A stretch of DNA of 48,034 nucleotides from Trypethelium eluteriae (GCA_051942245.1 JAVECL010000126.1:1-48034), one strand, 5' to 3'; counted from the first letter of the stretch, positions 12,317-24,000 are shown. Notes: generated by a model not told the origin, from the letters alone. Numbers and translations: made by a program.

Positions 12317-12381
12317 GCCAGGAATGCAGCGAGGAACGCAGCCAGGAATGCAGCCAGGAATGCAGCAGCCAGGAATGCAGC
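12317..12381. repeat. Short tandem repeat of ~12-bp GCCAGGAATGCA, about 5 imperfect copies
   Basis: Direct reading: gccaggaatgca gcgaggaacgca gccaggaatgca gccaggaatgca gca gccaggaatgca. Confidence 0.8.
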
Positions 12382-12769
12382 AAGGGCGACAGTGGTGAGT
12401 AGCGCAGCGCAAAGTGGCCACTGCTTTTATCCATGTTTTATCCAGAGGTCCCTACCTTGGAGGCCGAGGGGGTTAGTGGATGTGAGATCCTGACAGTCAG
12501 AAAGCTGAGTCTGATGCGCAGCTATTGCTCCGTTCGTTGTTGATGTAGAGTAGCTAGTACGATAGTCTCTGAACCTTAGTTGATACTGTTAAGCTATTTG
12601 AAACTATTGAAAACACCTAATAGTCAGAGGTTAGTTGTTCTTATTATTGTTAGGGCATCATGAGAACCATTGTTAGAGCGTTGTGAGACTGCTGTTTGTC
12701 TAGGGTTTTGGCTACTTCTACCAATATTTTTTGGACCTACCTAAAGATCTGCAGAGACCTACCGTGGCA

Positions 12770-13028
12770 CGCGGCTGACAAAAAAAATCGGTACACCAAA
12801 TTGGGTAGGGGCCACCCCATCAAAGCGGCCGCACCAGCAAATTGTTCATAGAATTTATTTAAATTATATCGCCCACAATATATATATATATTTTTTAAGA
12901 AAAATAGTTTACAGAATATGTGAAACTAGAATTTACAGCTATATAAGCTTTTAAAAATAAAAGGTTGTGGTTGGCTTATATAACACCGGTCTGATTTAGG
13001 TGTACGATACCGATTTTTGTCAACCGCG
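12770..13028. mobile_element. MITE-like miniature inverted-repeat element (~259 bp), possibly derived from Tc1/mariner
   Basis: Left end CGCGGCTGACAAAAAAAATCGGTACACCAAAT matches the reverse complement of the right end, CGCGGTTGACAAAAATCGGTATCGTACACCTAAAT. The interior is AT-rich and non-coding. The right flank is TA and the left flank is CA. Confidence 0.7.
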
Positions 13029-13053
13029 TACACACTACACACACACACACACA
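13029..13053. repeat. (CA)n microsatellite
   Basis: tacacactacacacacacacacaca lies directly after the MITE end. Confidence 0.8.
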
Positions 13054-13228
13054 TCCATACCTACAGTCACATCATTGCAGGGGTAGACCTGAGGCACAGA
13101 TTCTGGGATTATGCTAGCCTAGATAGGCTGAATTCAAGCTTTAATCTCTCTTTATGGTTGACGCTGACTCGCTGAGAGCTCAACCGAGCTGAGAGGGACG
13201 ACCTTTATACCTTATCAGGTACCTCTTA

Positions 13229-13844
13229 AGGTACCTACCTTACCGCGGCCGGGGGGTTCCTGTTACGCACACACTCGCGGCAGCTGAGTGGTGGGGTGTG
13301 GTAAAAAAGTACGACAAACCTGGATGTGTCCAGAAGGACGAAAGACAGGCAACGTGATCAGAGAGTCACGTGTTGTGCTCAGTGCACGTGCAGTGAACGC
13401 TCATGCCGCTCCTGGTGAGCGCTCAGGGTGATCAGGGTGAAAGCTCAGTCCGGGCGGAGTGAACGAACCCTCTAGCTAGCCATCTCCTTACCTCTTATTT
13501 TCCATACTGTACCTTACAGTTAGTCACGATTAATAAACGAACGCTATTAAAGTTTGATATCGCTTGACTTCTTACCTTCAGATACTTGACACTCCGCTCC
13601 TCTGTTGAATCCCCACGATAACCCTACCTACGTACCTGATACAACTGTGTGTTGTACCAGGAGTAAAGGATTCCTCAACTGGTAATTAATAATACAATGT
13701 TATTTTGACTTTAGTGTTATGGGATTGTTGGTTTATGTTAATACCATTTTAACATAAGCTATTACGATTATAATAATTAAACTGAGGTAATACTGTATTA
13801 ATTACCAGTTGGAGAACCCCCCGGCCGCGGTAAGGTAGGTACCT
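13229..13844. mobile_element. Second TIR miniature element (~200 bp when empty) whose left TIR is interrupted by a nested insertion
   Basis: Perfect 31-bp inverted repeat AGGTACCTACCTTACCGCGGCCGGGGGGTTC at 13229-13259 and 13814-13844. The TIR match resumes after the insert, where CAACTGGTAATTAATA (~13676) pairs with ~13796-13811. Confidence 0.75.
13261..13670. mobile_element. ~410-bp nested insertion, possibly a solo LTR
   Basis: Flanked by the direct repeat TTCC(T) at 13257-13261 and 13671-13675. It begins TGTTAC and contains AATAAA (~13532), but has no canonical 3' CA end. Confidence 0.5.
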
Positions 13845-13992
13845 GTCCCTCTCTCTGTCCCTGTCTAGGTAAGTACAGATTGACAATGTATTGGTTCTAT
13901 TTGTCTTACATGCCTCCATCAACAGCATAAGCGGTATATTCTTTCGCAGCTTCTCTATACACACTGATTTCCTGTCCCACCGCCTTCCTCAT

Positions 13993-15060
13993 CTATTCCG
14001 GGCCTGCTCCATTCACCACAATTTTCTGTTCCCCGTTTGCCACCTTCCCCTCCTCCACTCTCTTCGTCCCCTGAATATCCGGCAACGCCTCTCCCATCTT
14101 CAAGGGCGGAAACACCTCCCTCGCCTGACATAACGCCTCGCCCAACCCAAGCAACTGCAGCACATCCGCGGCCACCGTCACAAACGCACACCCGGTCCCC
14201 GACTGCTTCATCATCTCCGGCGGGCCGAGCCCAAACCCACCACGTGGCTTATTATGCTTCTTCAAGATCTCGCCAAACTTCTCCACCGCCCCCAGCCACT
14301 CCGGCTCCGGCCCGCCCATGCCCGAATTCCCGGCCAGATTCATGCTCACCCGGCAGTCCAACGTGCCCAACCACACAGCGTCAACCTCGGGACACGCTGT
14401 TAGGATGGCGTCAAGATTCTCGATGCCCTGGAGCGTCTCAATCTGGATCATGATGGCGGCCTGGTCGTTGAGGTTCTCGTGGATCGGGCGGCTGGGGTCG
14501 TAGAGGCCGTCGGTGAGGCCGGGGATGAGGCGGAAGGGCGGGTAGGAGCGGGTGCCGTTGTGGTTGGTGCCGAATTTGGCGTAGGAGAGGACGCGGCGGC
14601 ATTCTTCGACGGTCTCGACTTGAGGGATGACGAGGGAGGCGCCGGCGTCGAGGGCGTAGCCGATGGCGGCGTGGTCGTGGCCGGGGACGCTGGGGAGGGG
14701 TGGGCGTCGTTAGTGGGATATCTCTTTCACGCGGAGGGACTGCGGTAGGTTTGCAGGTGCTTACCGAACGAAGGGAATCGTCCTTCCACCGCTCATGAAC
14801 ATTGTTTCGTGAACCATTTGCGTCATTGTCTCAACGTTGCAGCTGGAGTGCTCCCAGTCGATCCACGCGGTATCAAAGCCTATTGGTGCAACGAAACGAG
14901 CGACGGGAGGGCAGGAGAGGCCGAAGTAGATACCGGCGAGAGGAGGAATTTTCCCGGCATGAGCATCGCGAATGGCTTGTCTCGCACGATGAGGTTGGAA
15001 GAGTGAAGAGGTAGCATAGGCACTCATGCCTGGACCTTTGTTCTCTGGAAACTTCCACAT
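13993..15060 (-). CDS. HpcH/HpaI family aldolase (pyruvate-dependent class II, TIM barrel); exons 15060-14765 and 14689-13993
   Basis: Motifs WIDWEHS, PFVRVPGHD..IGYALDAGA..VIPQVET, IMIQIET..GIENLDAI and DAVWLGTLD. Intron 14690-14764 (GTAAGC..CACTAAC..CAG). Confidence 0.9.
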
Positions 15061-16975
15061 CTTTGCAACAATGAAGTGAGGGTGAATGTTTTATGTCTTT
15101 GGTTGAATACGGTCTGTTTCGGAGGAGTAGATGGGTTCCTAGAAGAAATTGACTACAGAATCGATCTCTTTATAAGAAGGATGGACGGAACAATTGAGTC
15201 TAGGGAATAAAGCGAGGTATAAGACAGGCTTGATAAGAGAAGTGGCAAAGAATAGTGGCACAGGAAATGCTATCTTATATTATCATTCACCGAAACAAAG
15301 AGTGATATCAGAGAGCTTCGGCTCGGCATCACAACGTGTCGACGGTTCAGCCGCAGGATATGACGCAACGGGAAAGAGCGATGGACATTGGAGAGTTCCT
15401 AGCGTGCAACAAAGCCTAGAATCCATGGGATTCGACGGTGCAAGCAGCTCGTATCGCGGTGAGACTCACGATTAGATCGAGTGTGCGGAGAATATGGAGG
15501 ACTAGAGTATAAAGATGAGGCGGAAGGTGCGGCCGACGCTTCATGGACATCCGCACCGTGCCTGCCACGCCTGCCCGCATCTTCCGCTTCATCCTGAAGT
15601 ATCGTACCTACTCTACGGAGTACGGCAGGAGCTTCCTGGTTGAGGTGCCACATGAGGATGGTGAGGGTGATGAGCTGTTATAGTGGCTGACAGCTCTGCA
15701 CAATTTAATGGAAGCTTGGGAAGCCGGTCGAGATGGCGGAGGCGCAGCTTTGATTACTCTAGAGCAGGAAATTGGATCCTGAGTTGGCCCACCCACTCAC
15801 CCCACGTGGCATGTGTGGTCAGATTCCAACGCGCGCCCTTCCCGGCATCTTCATCGTTGAACACAAATCATTAGTGGAGCATTGATTGATTACTTCCAAG
15901 GCGGCGGGTAAGATGAACATTGTCTGAGACTCCAGTACTGTACCAGGACCGTCAGTGATATGACATGAGCCTCAAAAATAGAAAGGAAATTGCACCGGTG
16001 CGACCTAGTAACAAGAACCTACCCTAGTCTGTAACTTCTGCGTAAGCACGGCGTTGCAAGATAAACTACCTAGGTACCAAATGGCTCCGAACAACTCTGC
16101 GGTTGACCTTTGCCGGAATGAGTTATGGAGAATTGCAAATGATCAACTCGAGCCTCATAGCCATTCTTGCCATCCTCAATCCGAGGCCATTGAGCCAAGG
16201 TAACGAACGAGGATTACATTTCGTAATCATCAGTCTTATATCGCTAGCAGAAGCTCGCAGCTGTTCACTAATACGGGCTTATTCGCGCGTTCCTACCGAA
16301 AGTGCACGGCGAGAGAGAGGATGGGATTTGAGAAGATTTTTTTGCTTGGAATTACTGAACCTGATGAGTCAGAATGTTTACGATACCTTAGTACGAGAGT
16401 TAGACGAGCAAAAGCCGTTAGCCCGACCCGAAGACGCCGGCTCACTGATAATGATTTTCATAAGGGGCGTTTGCTCCGTTTCATGTGCCGCTCTAATCTT
16501 GTTGAGCTGGATGGAGGAGAGGGATGGATCCATGTCCACGGCAAAAACAGCACGACGAACAACATTTTCGGAAAGGAGATCTTACTCAGTAGGGCATGCA
16601 AAGGAATTCAAATCGACCGGAGTAATCATCTAGGTGCAACTATGACGAAGAGGGCAATTCATAGACGAGAACCCCGGTACCGCAGCGGAAGTGCGTCACG
16701 CTACACGGCTACAGCAATCAGCTAAAGCCATGGCGTTTTATCAGGTAGTATTAGCACATTCGTGCTTTTCATTCCGAACACGTAAGCATTTCAGGTGCTA
16801 GCGCCACCAGCATTGGCTTCATAAGGTATGGTTATATTTCTTTCATGTGTTGTGCACCGATGTCCTACGATAATTTACCTGTGCAGACTATTGCAGCTCC
16901 CCATGACCAGATATTCTGTCAAAGGATAGAGGCGAAACAGCGAGAAAGTTTCGAGAAGGAAAAAAAAAGGCGAAT

Positions 16976-18067
16976 ATGGAATCTCTTAATGAAGGCCATC
17001 TACTGGTGATACTGCCTATACCCAATGACTTGCTGAAACCTGCCTTTGAGCAACTCCAATCCCGACACCCGAAGCTCAAAATCACCGCCAAGTGCTCCAT
17101 GAATGGCGAGGATATTCCAGCGCAAGAACTTTCCAGCTTATACCAGTCTTGCACAATCCTGACAACACTCTTATGCTATCCCCCAAACCTGGAATCCGTA
17201 CCTAACCTTCGCCTTGTCCACACACCAGGAGCAGGAATAGACTATGCGCTTGACAATCCTGTCTTCAGCGCTCCGCAAATCCGCGCGACGACCTCTAACG
17301 GGATCGCCGCCCCTCCTATTGCTGAATGGTTCATTGGTCAGCTCATCAATCATACCCGCACTTTCGACCGATGGCGACAGCAGCAAGACGACCGCAAATG
17401 GGACGCGCCGATCGCAACACTCTTCCAGACTCCCGATCTCGTGGGCCAACGATTGGGCGTGCTCGGGTATGGTAGCATTGGACGTCAAGCGGCGCGAGTA
17501 GCAAGCGCGTTGGGTATGAAGGTGCTTGCATACACTGCAAAGCCAAAGGCGACACCTGAATCGAAGCGAGACCGGAACTTCGTCGTTGAGGGATTGGGGG
17601 ACCCCGAGGGGACCATTCCATCTGAGTGGTTTTCGGGAACTGATAAGGAGAGTCTGCACAAGTTTCTGGCGCAAAAGTTGGATGTGTTGTTGATCAGTTT
17701 GCCCCTAACAAGTAGCAGCCGACATATCATCGGGAAGAAAGAGTTCAGAGTGTTGAAAGAGAACAGCCCACATGGATGCTTCCTTGCGAATGTCGCTCGC
17801 GGCGATGTTCTTGTCCAAGATGACCTTGTTCAAGCGCTGATTGACGAGGACAGCGGCCTCAATGGAGTGGCTTTGGATGTCGCAACTCCTGAGCCACTGC
17901 CAAGTGATAGTCCGCTTTGGACCTCACCAAGATGTACCATTACGCCGCACATCTCGAGTGTTGTGGCCGCAACCACAGACCGCATCTTCCAGGTCCTGGA
18001 CGCGAATCTCTCTAAAGCACCCGGTGAAAAGCTGATCAACGAGATGGAGAAAGGCCGGGGTTATTAG
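16976..18067 (+). CDS. D-isomer-specific 2-hydroxyacid dehydrogenase
   Basis: 363-aa ORF with GAGID, PIAEW, GVLGYGSIG, LPLT, NVARG, ALDVATPEPLP and ITPHIS. Confidence 0.92.
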   Translation: MESLNEGHLLVILPIPNDLLKPAFEQLQSRHPKLKITAKCSMNGEDIPAQELSSLYQSCTILTTLLCYPPNLESVPNLRLVHTPGAGIDYALDNPVFSAPQIRATTSNGIAAPPIAEWFIGQLINHTRTFDRWRQQQDDRKWDAPIATLFQTPDLVGQRLGVLGYGSIGRQAARVASALGMKVLAYTAKPKATPESKRDRNFVVEGLGDPEGTIPSEWFSGTDKESLHKFLAQKLDVLLISLPLTSSSRHIIGKKEFRVLKENSPHGCFLANVARGDVLVQDDLVQALIDEDSGLNGVALDVATPEPLPSDSPLWTSPRCTITPHISSVVAATTDRIFQVLDANLSKAPGEKLINEMEKGRGY

Positions 18068-19379
18068 CTAGCATGAAAGCTCCTGTTGCTTCGTCATAAT
18101 AGAACGCCTCGACCTCCGGAGGAGTCGAGACTTGATTCGCGGGAAACAACGCTACAAGGCGTTTCGCGACGTCTTGCGCGAACTGTCCATCATTGATGTC
18201 TCGCCTGTCTCCGATAACCTTGATGGGCGTTCCACGCAGCCCACTTTCAATACTGGCAAACAAAGCCGCATCAGCTTCGGCGTCTGCAAATGGACCTCCC
18301 GGAGTAGCTATCATGCTGACTCCGCCCCGAGGGATAACCACTTGGACAAGTTCTGGACGAATCGAATGCGATTTCAATTTATCCACAATGAAATTACCAA
18401 TCTGAGTGCATTCATCTTTGGTGGTTCTCATCAGCGTGACTGTAGGGTTGTGCTCGTAGAGATGCCGTTTACTATATTTCTCAGGTACCAACGCCTTGGG
18501 TCCGAAATTGACCATGTCAGTTGCACCCAGAGACAGAACGTATGGAATCCCAGCAGCCGCTGCGGCTTCTAGCCGGTGTGGACCCGCGCTCATATTGCCT
18601 CCCATAAGATGATCACAAATTTCCGTAGTGGTCAGATCCAGCACGGCGTCCAGCTCACCGGCGCGGACAAGTCTCTCCATAGCCTGGCCGCCGTGGCCGG
18701 TGGCATGAAAAACAAAGACCTCACAATTGAACTGCTCTTCCAAAAACTGTCTTGCTGTGTCGACGCCTGGAGTTGTCACGCCAAACATGGTGATCCCAAT
18801 CCGCTTTCTCGCTCCATTTTCTTGATTCGGATGCTGCTGTGCCTGGGACCAGGCATTTGCCATTCCGACGATAGCTCCTGCGGCATTCTTGAAAATGTTA
18901 CGGAGCAAGGCATTGGATCCTGCGATGTCCACAACCGAGTACATCATCGTGATGTCTGTTTCGCCTACCAAAGGTCCGGTGTCGCCACTCGCTACTGTGG
19001 AAATCATCATCTTCGGAAATCCAATCGGAAGCGCTTCTCGCATAACGGCGCAAGCTAGAGACGAGCCTCCTGAGCCGCCCGCCGCTGCAGCTGCACAAAT
19101 TTCTCCTCGTTCATAGAGAGTTTTCACACAAGGGACAGCACATTGGATCATATGCTTGATCACTTCTCCCCGTGGTAGGGATGAGATATCAACATTCTTA
19201 TCTTTCGCATGGCCCGCAACAGCATCTTGACTGATAGAGATGCTTGAATGTTCCACTGGAGATCGACCCAAATCAATGAGGGTGACCGAGAAATTGCCCT
19301 GACTCTTCAATTGATCGCGAAGATACAATATTTCATGAAGCTTAGTGTCGCAAGTACCCAAAAGTGCAATCGATGTCAT
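18036..19379 (-). CDS. UPF0261 / Tm-1-like ATP-binding domain protein
   Basis: Likely start MTSIALLGTCDTKLHE at 19379. Motifs GGSGGSSL, LPIGFPKMMISTVASG, MYSVVDIAG, ITMFGVTTP, VFHATGHGG, LDLTTTE, GATDMVNFG and HNPTVTLMRT. Confidence 0.9.
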   Translation of the reverse strand: MTSIALLGTCDTKLHEILYLRDQLKSQGNFSVTLIDLGRSPVEHSSISISQDAVAGHAKDKNVDISSLPRGEVIKHMIQCAVPCVKTLYERGEICAAAAAGGSGGSSLACAVMREALPIGFPKMMISTVASGDTGPLVGETDITMMYSVVDIAGSNALLRNIFKNAAGAIVGMANAWSQAQQHPNQENGARKRIGITMFGVTTPGVDTARQFLEEQFNCEVFVFHATGHGGQAMERLVRAGELDAVLDLTTTEICDHLMGGNMSAGPHRLEAAAAAGIPYVLSLGATDMVNFGPKALVPEKYSKRHLYEHNPTVTLMRTTKDECTQIGNFIVDKLKSHSIRPELVQVVIPRGGVSMIATPGGPFADAEADAALFASIESGLRGTPIKVIGDRRDINDGQFAQDVAKRLVALFPANQVSTPPEVEAFYYDEATGAFMLANNPGLSPSR

Positions 19380-19456
19380 GCTGTCTCCATCTGCTGAAAG
19401 ACTTGAGCTCAAGAGAGTAGCCAGAGAATAAGAGACAAAACATTGGGAAAGGGATG

Positions 19457-19471
19457 CTCCGGATGTCGGAG
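19457..19471. promoter_or_regulatory. Candidate Zn2Cys6 binding palindrome in the divergent promoter
   Basis: CTCCG-GATGT-CGGAG (CCG-N5-CGG) lies in the 384-bp intergenic region between the UPF0261 and TIM-barrel genes. Confidence 0.3.
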
Positions 19472-19763
19472 ATTTGTAGGATGTGTCAAATGACAGATGG
19501 GAGGGGAATCCTTGAATACGATGTTTGAGACTTTGCAGGGGCGGGGAATTCCACTTTTTCAACACCACGACGTCATACCAGTCAAGTCGTAATGACGCGA
19601 AACATTTGCCCGATTCTGAATTTACGTTGGCATTCTCCCATCTCGATAGAAGACTCAAAGTCAGTATACAACAAAATCGAATTCTATGTTCGATATCATA
19701 CACATTGAGTGTTGTGATATAGAATAAAATTTTAGACTGCAAGTCCTGGTTTGAGCTTGAGTC

Positions 19764-20828
19764 ATGCCTCGCCCAAGCAATAGAGATGAAGTTCTCCAAA
19801 GGCTTCGAGCTTCGATATTCAAGGGCAAAATCATAGTTGGTGCAGGCGCTGGTAATATCTCATCTCCTTTCTTCGTTCATCCATAAACCCTCTTGCGTTT
19901 ACGAGATACTCCTCTGGCATCATAGGAAACTGCCACTCGAAAAAAGAAAGGCCCCTACTCTCCTTTATAATGCATCTCTCCATTAGAGAGTTTCTGAATT
20001 TCGCAATATCTCACAAACTATCACCTGTTCCATATTCCAACCCCTAACTAACCTCACCTCTCCCCGCTCCCCACAGGCATCGGCCTCTCCGCCAAGTCCC
20101 TCGAAGCCGGCGGCATCGACCTCCTGATCCTCTACAACTCGGGCCGGTACCGCATGGCCGGGCGCGGCTCGCTCGCGGGGCTGATGCCGTACGACAACGC
20201 CAACACGACCGTGCTCTCCATGTGCGACGAGATCCTGCCGATCGTGTCATCGACGCCGGTCCTCGCCGGCGTCTGCGCCAGCGACCCCTTCCGCGACATC
20301 CCCGCCTTCCTGGACGAGCTGAAGCAGAGGGGCCTCGCGGGTGTCCAAAATTTCCCGACGGTTGGTCTTGTTGATGGCAGCTTTAGGAGGGGCCTTGAGG
20401 AGACGGGCATGGGGTATGATTGCGAGGTGAGGATGGTGCGGGAGGCGAGGGCGAAGGGTCTGTTGACGACGCCGTATGTTTTTAATACGGATGAGGCGCG
20501 GCGTATGGTGAGTGCGGGCGCGGATGTGCTGGTGGCGCATATGGGACTGACGACGAGTGGGACGATTGGGGCGAAGACGGGGAAGAGCTTAGAGGAGTGT
20601 GTGGGGTTGATTCAGGAGATTCGCGATGTCGCGGTGAAGATGAATGATGAGATTATCGTGTTGTGTCACGGAGGGCCGATTGCGACGCCCGAGGATGCGA
20701 AGTTTGTGTTGGATAGGACGAAAGGGGTGCATGGATTTTATGGGGCGAGCAGTATGGAGAGGTTGCCGGTGGAAGAGGCGATTACGAATATCACGAAATC
20801 ATTCAAGAATTTGACGCCTGGGTCATGA
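19764..20828 (+). CDS. TIM-barrel signal-transduction / PEP-hydrolase family protein (like the Tm-1 C-terminal domain); exons 19764-19851 and 20077-20828
   Basis: The spliced N-terminus reads [57 protein letters not shown]. Further motifs are [23 protein letters not shown] and [12 protein letters not shown]. Intron 19852-20076 (GTAATA..CTAAC..CAG). Confidence 0.92.
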
Positions 20829-21086
20829 TTGGTACCCTTGAGATTAGCTTCACAGGCTACTTGGAGGTCTCAGCGAGAGGAACAAGCAAGAACTAATTTG
20901 CTTTGCCATTGCATGTTTCGTCGTCATCATCAAGTATCGTTGCAAGCCAGACCAGAGCTGGCATAACGCCAACTCTCCCTTCCCTTGGGTATCATGTTGC
21001 TATTCTCGCCAGCTAAGAGACCGTTTACATAGGTCCTGGATGAGAGAAAAAGTATAAGCAAGTCGCTACCGTCATCATATCATCAT

Positions 21087-24000
21087 TCATCTCCCCATAG
21101 TTCCTTCCAGGCCCAGAAGTACCTCCAACATATCAAGACCACCAACGTCCGGCCCATAAGCAGACTGCGTCACATCGGCACCATTGATATCGAGAAGAGG
21201 ATTGAGAGGCAGAGCAAACCAGTCGGTATTCATGTTGCCATTCGTCCCATCATCAGTCATAGTTCCGGCACCATAAGGCCCATCGCTTGCGCCACTTGTC
21301 TGCATGCCAGTATTGTACCAAGACGAACCCGAATTCCCGTCAGTGCCAGTTGGGAAAGTCGGCGGTGGCATGATGGAAATATTACTATTCATTGGATCAT
21401 ATGGATCAGCCGAGATGCCGTAGAGTGGATGATTCGGAGTAGCCCGGCCACTGCTTTGATACGTAGAGGTGGGTGGAGGACCGCTATATCCTGTCCATTG
21501 GGGAGTCGAGATATTTCCGTAGTCTTGTGGCTGTGTCTGGATATACATGTGCTGCTGTTGCTGCTGTAGCCCAGTCTGCGGTGCCGGACTACGCGTAGCA
21601 GCTCGACTGCGTTCAGTGCCTCCCGCGGCTAGGCGCACAAAGCGAGACTTCATCCTCCTGATGAGTAGTTCTAAGATTTCGGCAAATCGACTAGCCACGT
21701 GGACATCGTCGACAATACATGTCTTCAAGACTTCCGCCGTACGCTCGAGTAAGCCGAGACAGACGGCAAGGTCTTCCTCTGTTGCTCCCAGGGCGAAAGT
21801 TTTAAGCATCAGCATAGCGACGGAAATAATGCGAAAATAGGTTCGCACCGGAGCGTGCTTGAGATAATCACCGGCAGCCAGAACGTCAGTCACGATCTTG
21901 AGCGCATTGCGGCTGGCGTCAGTGATTATATTAAGATACGGTCGGTCTCGTCCGCACCACTTCATTAGTGTTGGTGGGGACACGACATCTGTATTGACTT
22001 TGCCTGACCCTTCGAAACCGTCACCCGTGACGGGTAATGGGTTTGCGGAGGAGCTGTTGTTGGTGCATCTATCGACGACTGCTTGCAAAGCAATAGCATT
22101 GATAAAAGTACGGCTGTATTCGTACTCGATCATGAGGATCGAGCGCATCTCGACGGGCACTGCATGATGTCAGCAATCATTTCTACAGGATGCGGTTTTG
22201 CCACATACCGTATGTGAACTGCTCAGATTTGTGACGCCATTGGTCAAGTAGATCGTTATAGAACTCCATAAGCTCGAAGTATTTCCCAGAATTGATGATA
22301 TCCCTGGTGTGCTGGAGATTTGGAAACAGATCCTCATTGCCCAATTGGAAGGTGACTGCCAACTCCAACCAAAGGTACAATACTGTTTCATGAATGATGT
22401 CCATTGTTTGTTTTGATGGTTGATTGGGGACGGCTACTGGAAGCGCGCCCTCCCTCCGCAGATTCTCTAGTCTCTCGCCCATGATCCTAGCCTGCTCTTT
22501 CAAGTATTTCGGCTTGCTGCATTTTCGAGGGAGCATCGATATGTAGCTGAGACGCCCAGCAATCTGGGTGACATAAACAAGCAGGAGTTTCTTGACGGCA
22601 GCTTTGCGAGCCAAATCAGTTGGTGTCTCTAAAATTCCAGTAGCAGATTGTGCAGTGACAGCGCCGTTCTTCTTGTCTTCATCGAAAACTCCTAGCTCAA
22701 TGGCAAGGGCCATAGCATTTCCCAACAGCATCCAGCACATTCGATCACTCCTCCAACACGGCTCAAGCCAGCTTTCCTTATGGCTAGGAGAAGTACGATT
22801 CTTTGGTTCGAAGACGGAGTCGGGGCCTTCAGGTTCTAGAAGTGTTTCGCTATCTACGCCAGGGGGAAAATGTAAGGTTCGAGGATGCCATTCCGTCAGA
22901 AGGAGCAAACTTTCAACGGTGCCGAGAGTCCGTAACCCTTTATTTTCGCCTCCAGCAAGTCGGGGCCCAGCTCCACAAAAGCCACCTCCAAATTGCTCTT
23001 GACCCCAAAGCATGCGATCTATCGTTGCCTGCAAGTAATTCCAGAGCTTGTCATGAATTGCATATGGGCGCGTGATGGCTCCTGGACCTGGAGGTAAAGC
23101 CATGTATCGTGATGATAGCATTAACATGGTGATTGCAAGCACGGGCTCCTCGGACAAGAGTTTCTCATGGGTAGAGTGGTGGTGAAAATCCGGTATGGCA
23201 ATTGGAGTCAGCCAGGCGAAATGGGTATAGAAGTAGTCAATGTATCGGATCCCTTCTTCTGCAGTGAACCATCCCGCACGAACGAAGCGAAAGCGTGACC
23301 ATGCCCTCACCGCACTCTCGTGTTCAGGAGCAGCCAGATCGTCAGTAGTCGGTAGCTGATAAGAAATGGCAGGATCAACCAGAGAATCTGTCTGGGGCGC
23401 TTGTTGAATTGATTGAAAGTCCAGATTGCTTCTCTGGACTGTATGTGTCTGAGGACTCGTTGAATTTTGAGGAGCTGGCATCTGTGCACCGACTGTAAGT
23501 GCGCTCTTTTGGCCGTGAGAACTTCCTGTCCTGTGATGATCCATATCGCCAGTTCTCCCAGCAGCTTCAAACAAAAGAGTGAGGGCATCGTGGGGTCCGT
23601 AGAGCTCGCTTTTCTGGAGTATCGCAGCCGTGTGGTTGCTTGCCTGCTGTTCATCTTCTTCGGGATCTTGCGCACTGTTCTGCTGCAGGGCTATGCCACC
23701 ATCCGATACTCGGGCGCGGGTCAAGGGGGTTGGAACGTATTGTTGCGTATGCTCGGTCTCTGCTGCTTGGAGGGGATTATCTTCGAGCTTAAGCCTTTTG
23801 CGGCCATTGCGGATCTCGTAATCGGTGGGCTGGCCATTCTCGAGGTCCTCACCCACATCTGCAGGCTTCTTCTTCCTTCGCGTCGCAGAGAAAAAGCACT
23901 CTTTGCTCTCCCTCCGACATCTACTGCAGGGAGGGTCGTGGGGTTTGTCTGGGGGTCCAAGGTCGCAGCGGACTTTGCGGCGTCGGCAAGGTATACAGGC

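Noticed and set aside
10400..13900. Starship or other autonomous transposon carrying the protease
   Set aside because: No tyrosine-recombinase captain, transposase or reverse transcriptase gene is visible in the window.
16103..16725. Overlapping 176-aa and 134-aa ORFs
   Set aside because: They have no recognisable domain and lie in a divergent promoter region, so they are likely spurious or decayed.
19380..19799. 139-aa N-terminal extension of the UPF0261 ORF
   Set aside because: It starts at a non-ATG codon and overlaps exon 1 of the divergent gene; family similarity begins at the Met at 19379.
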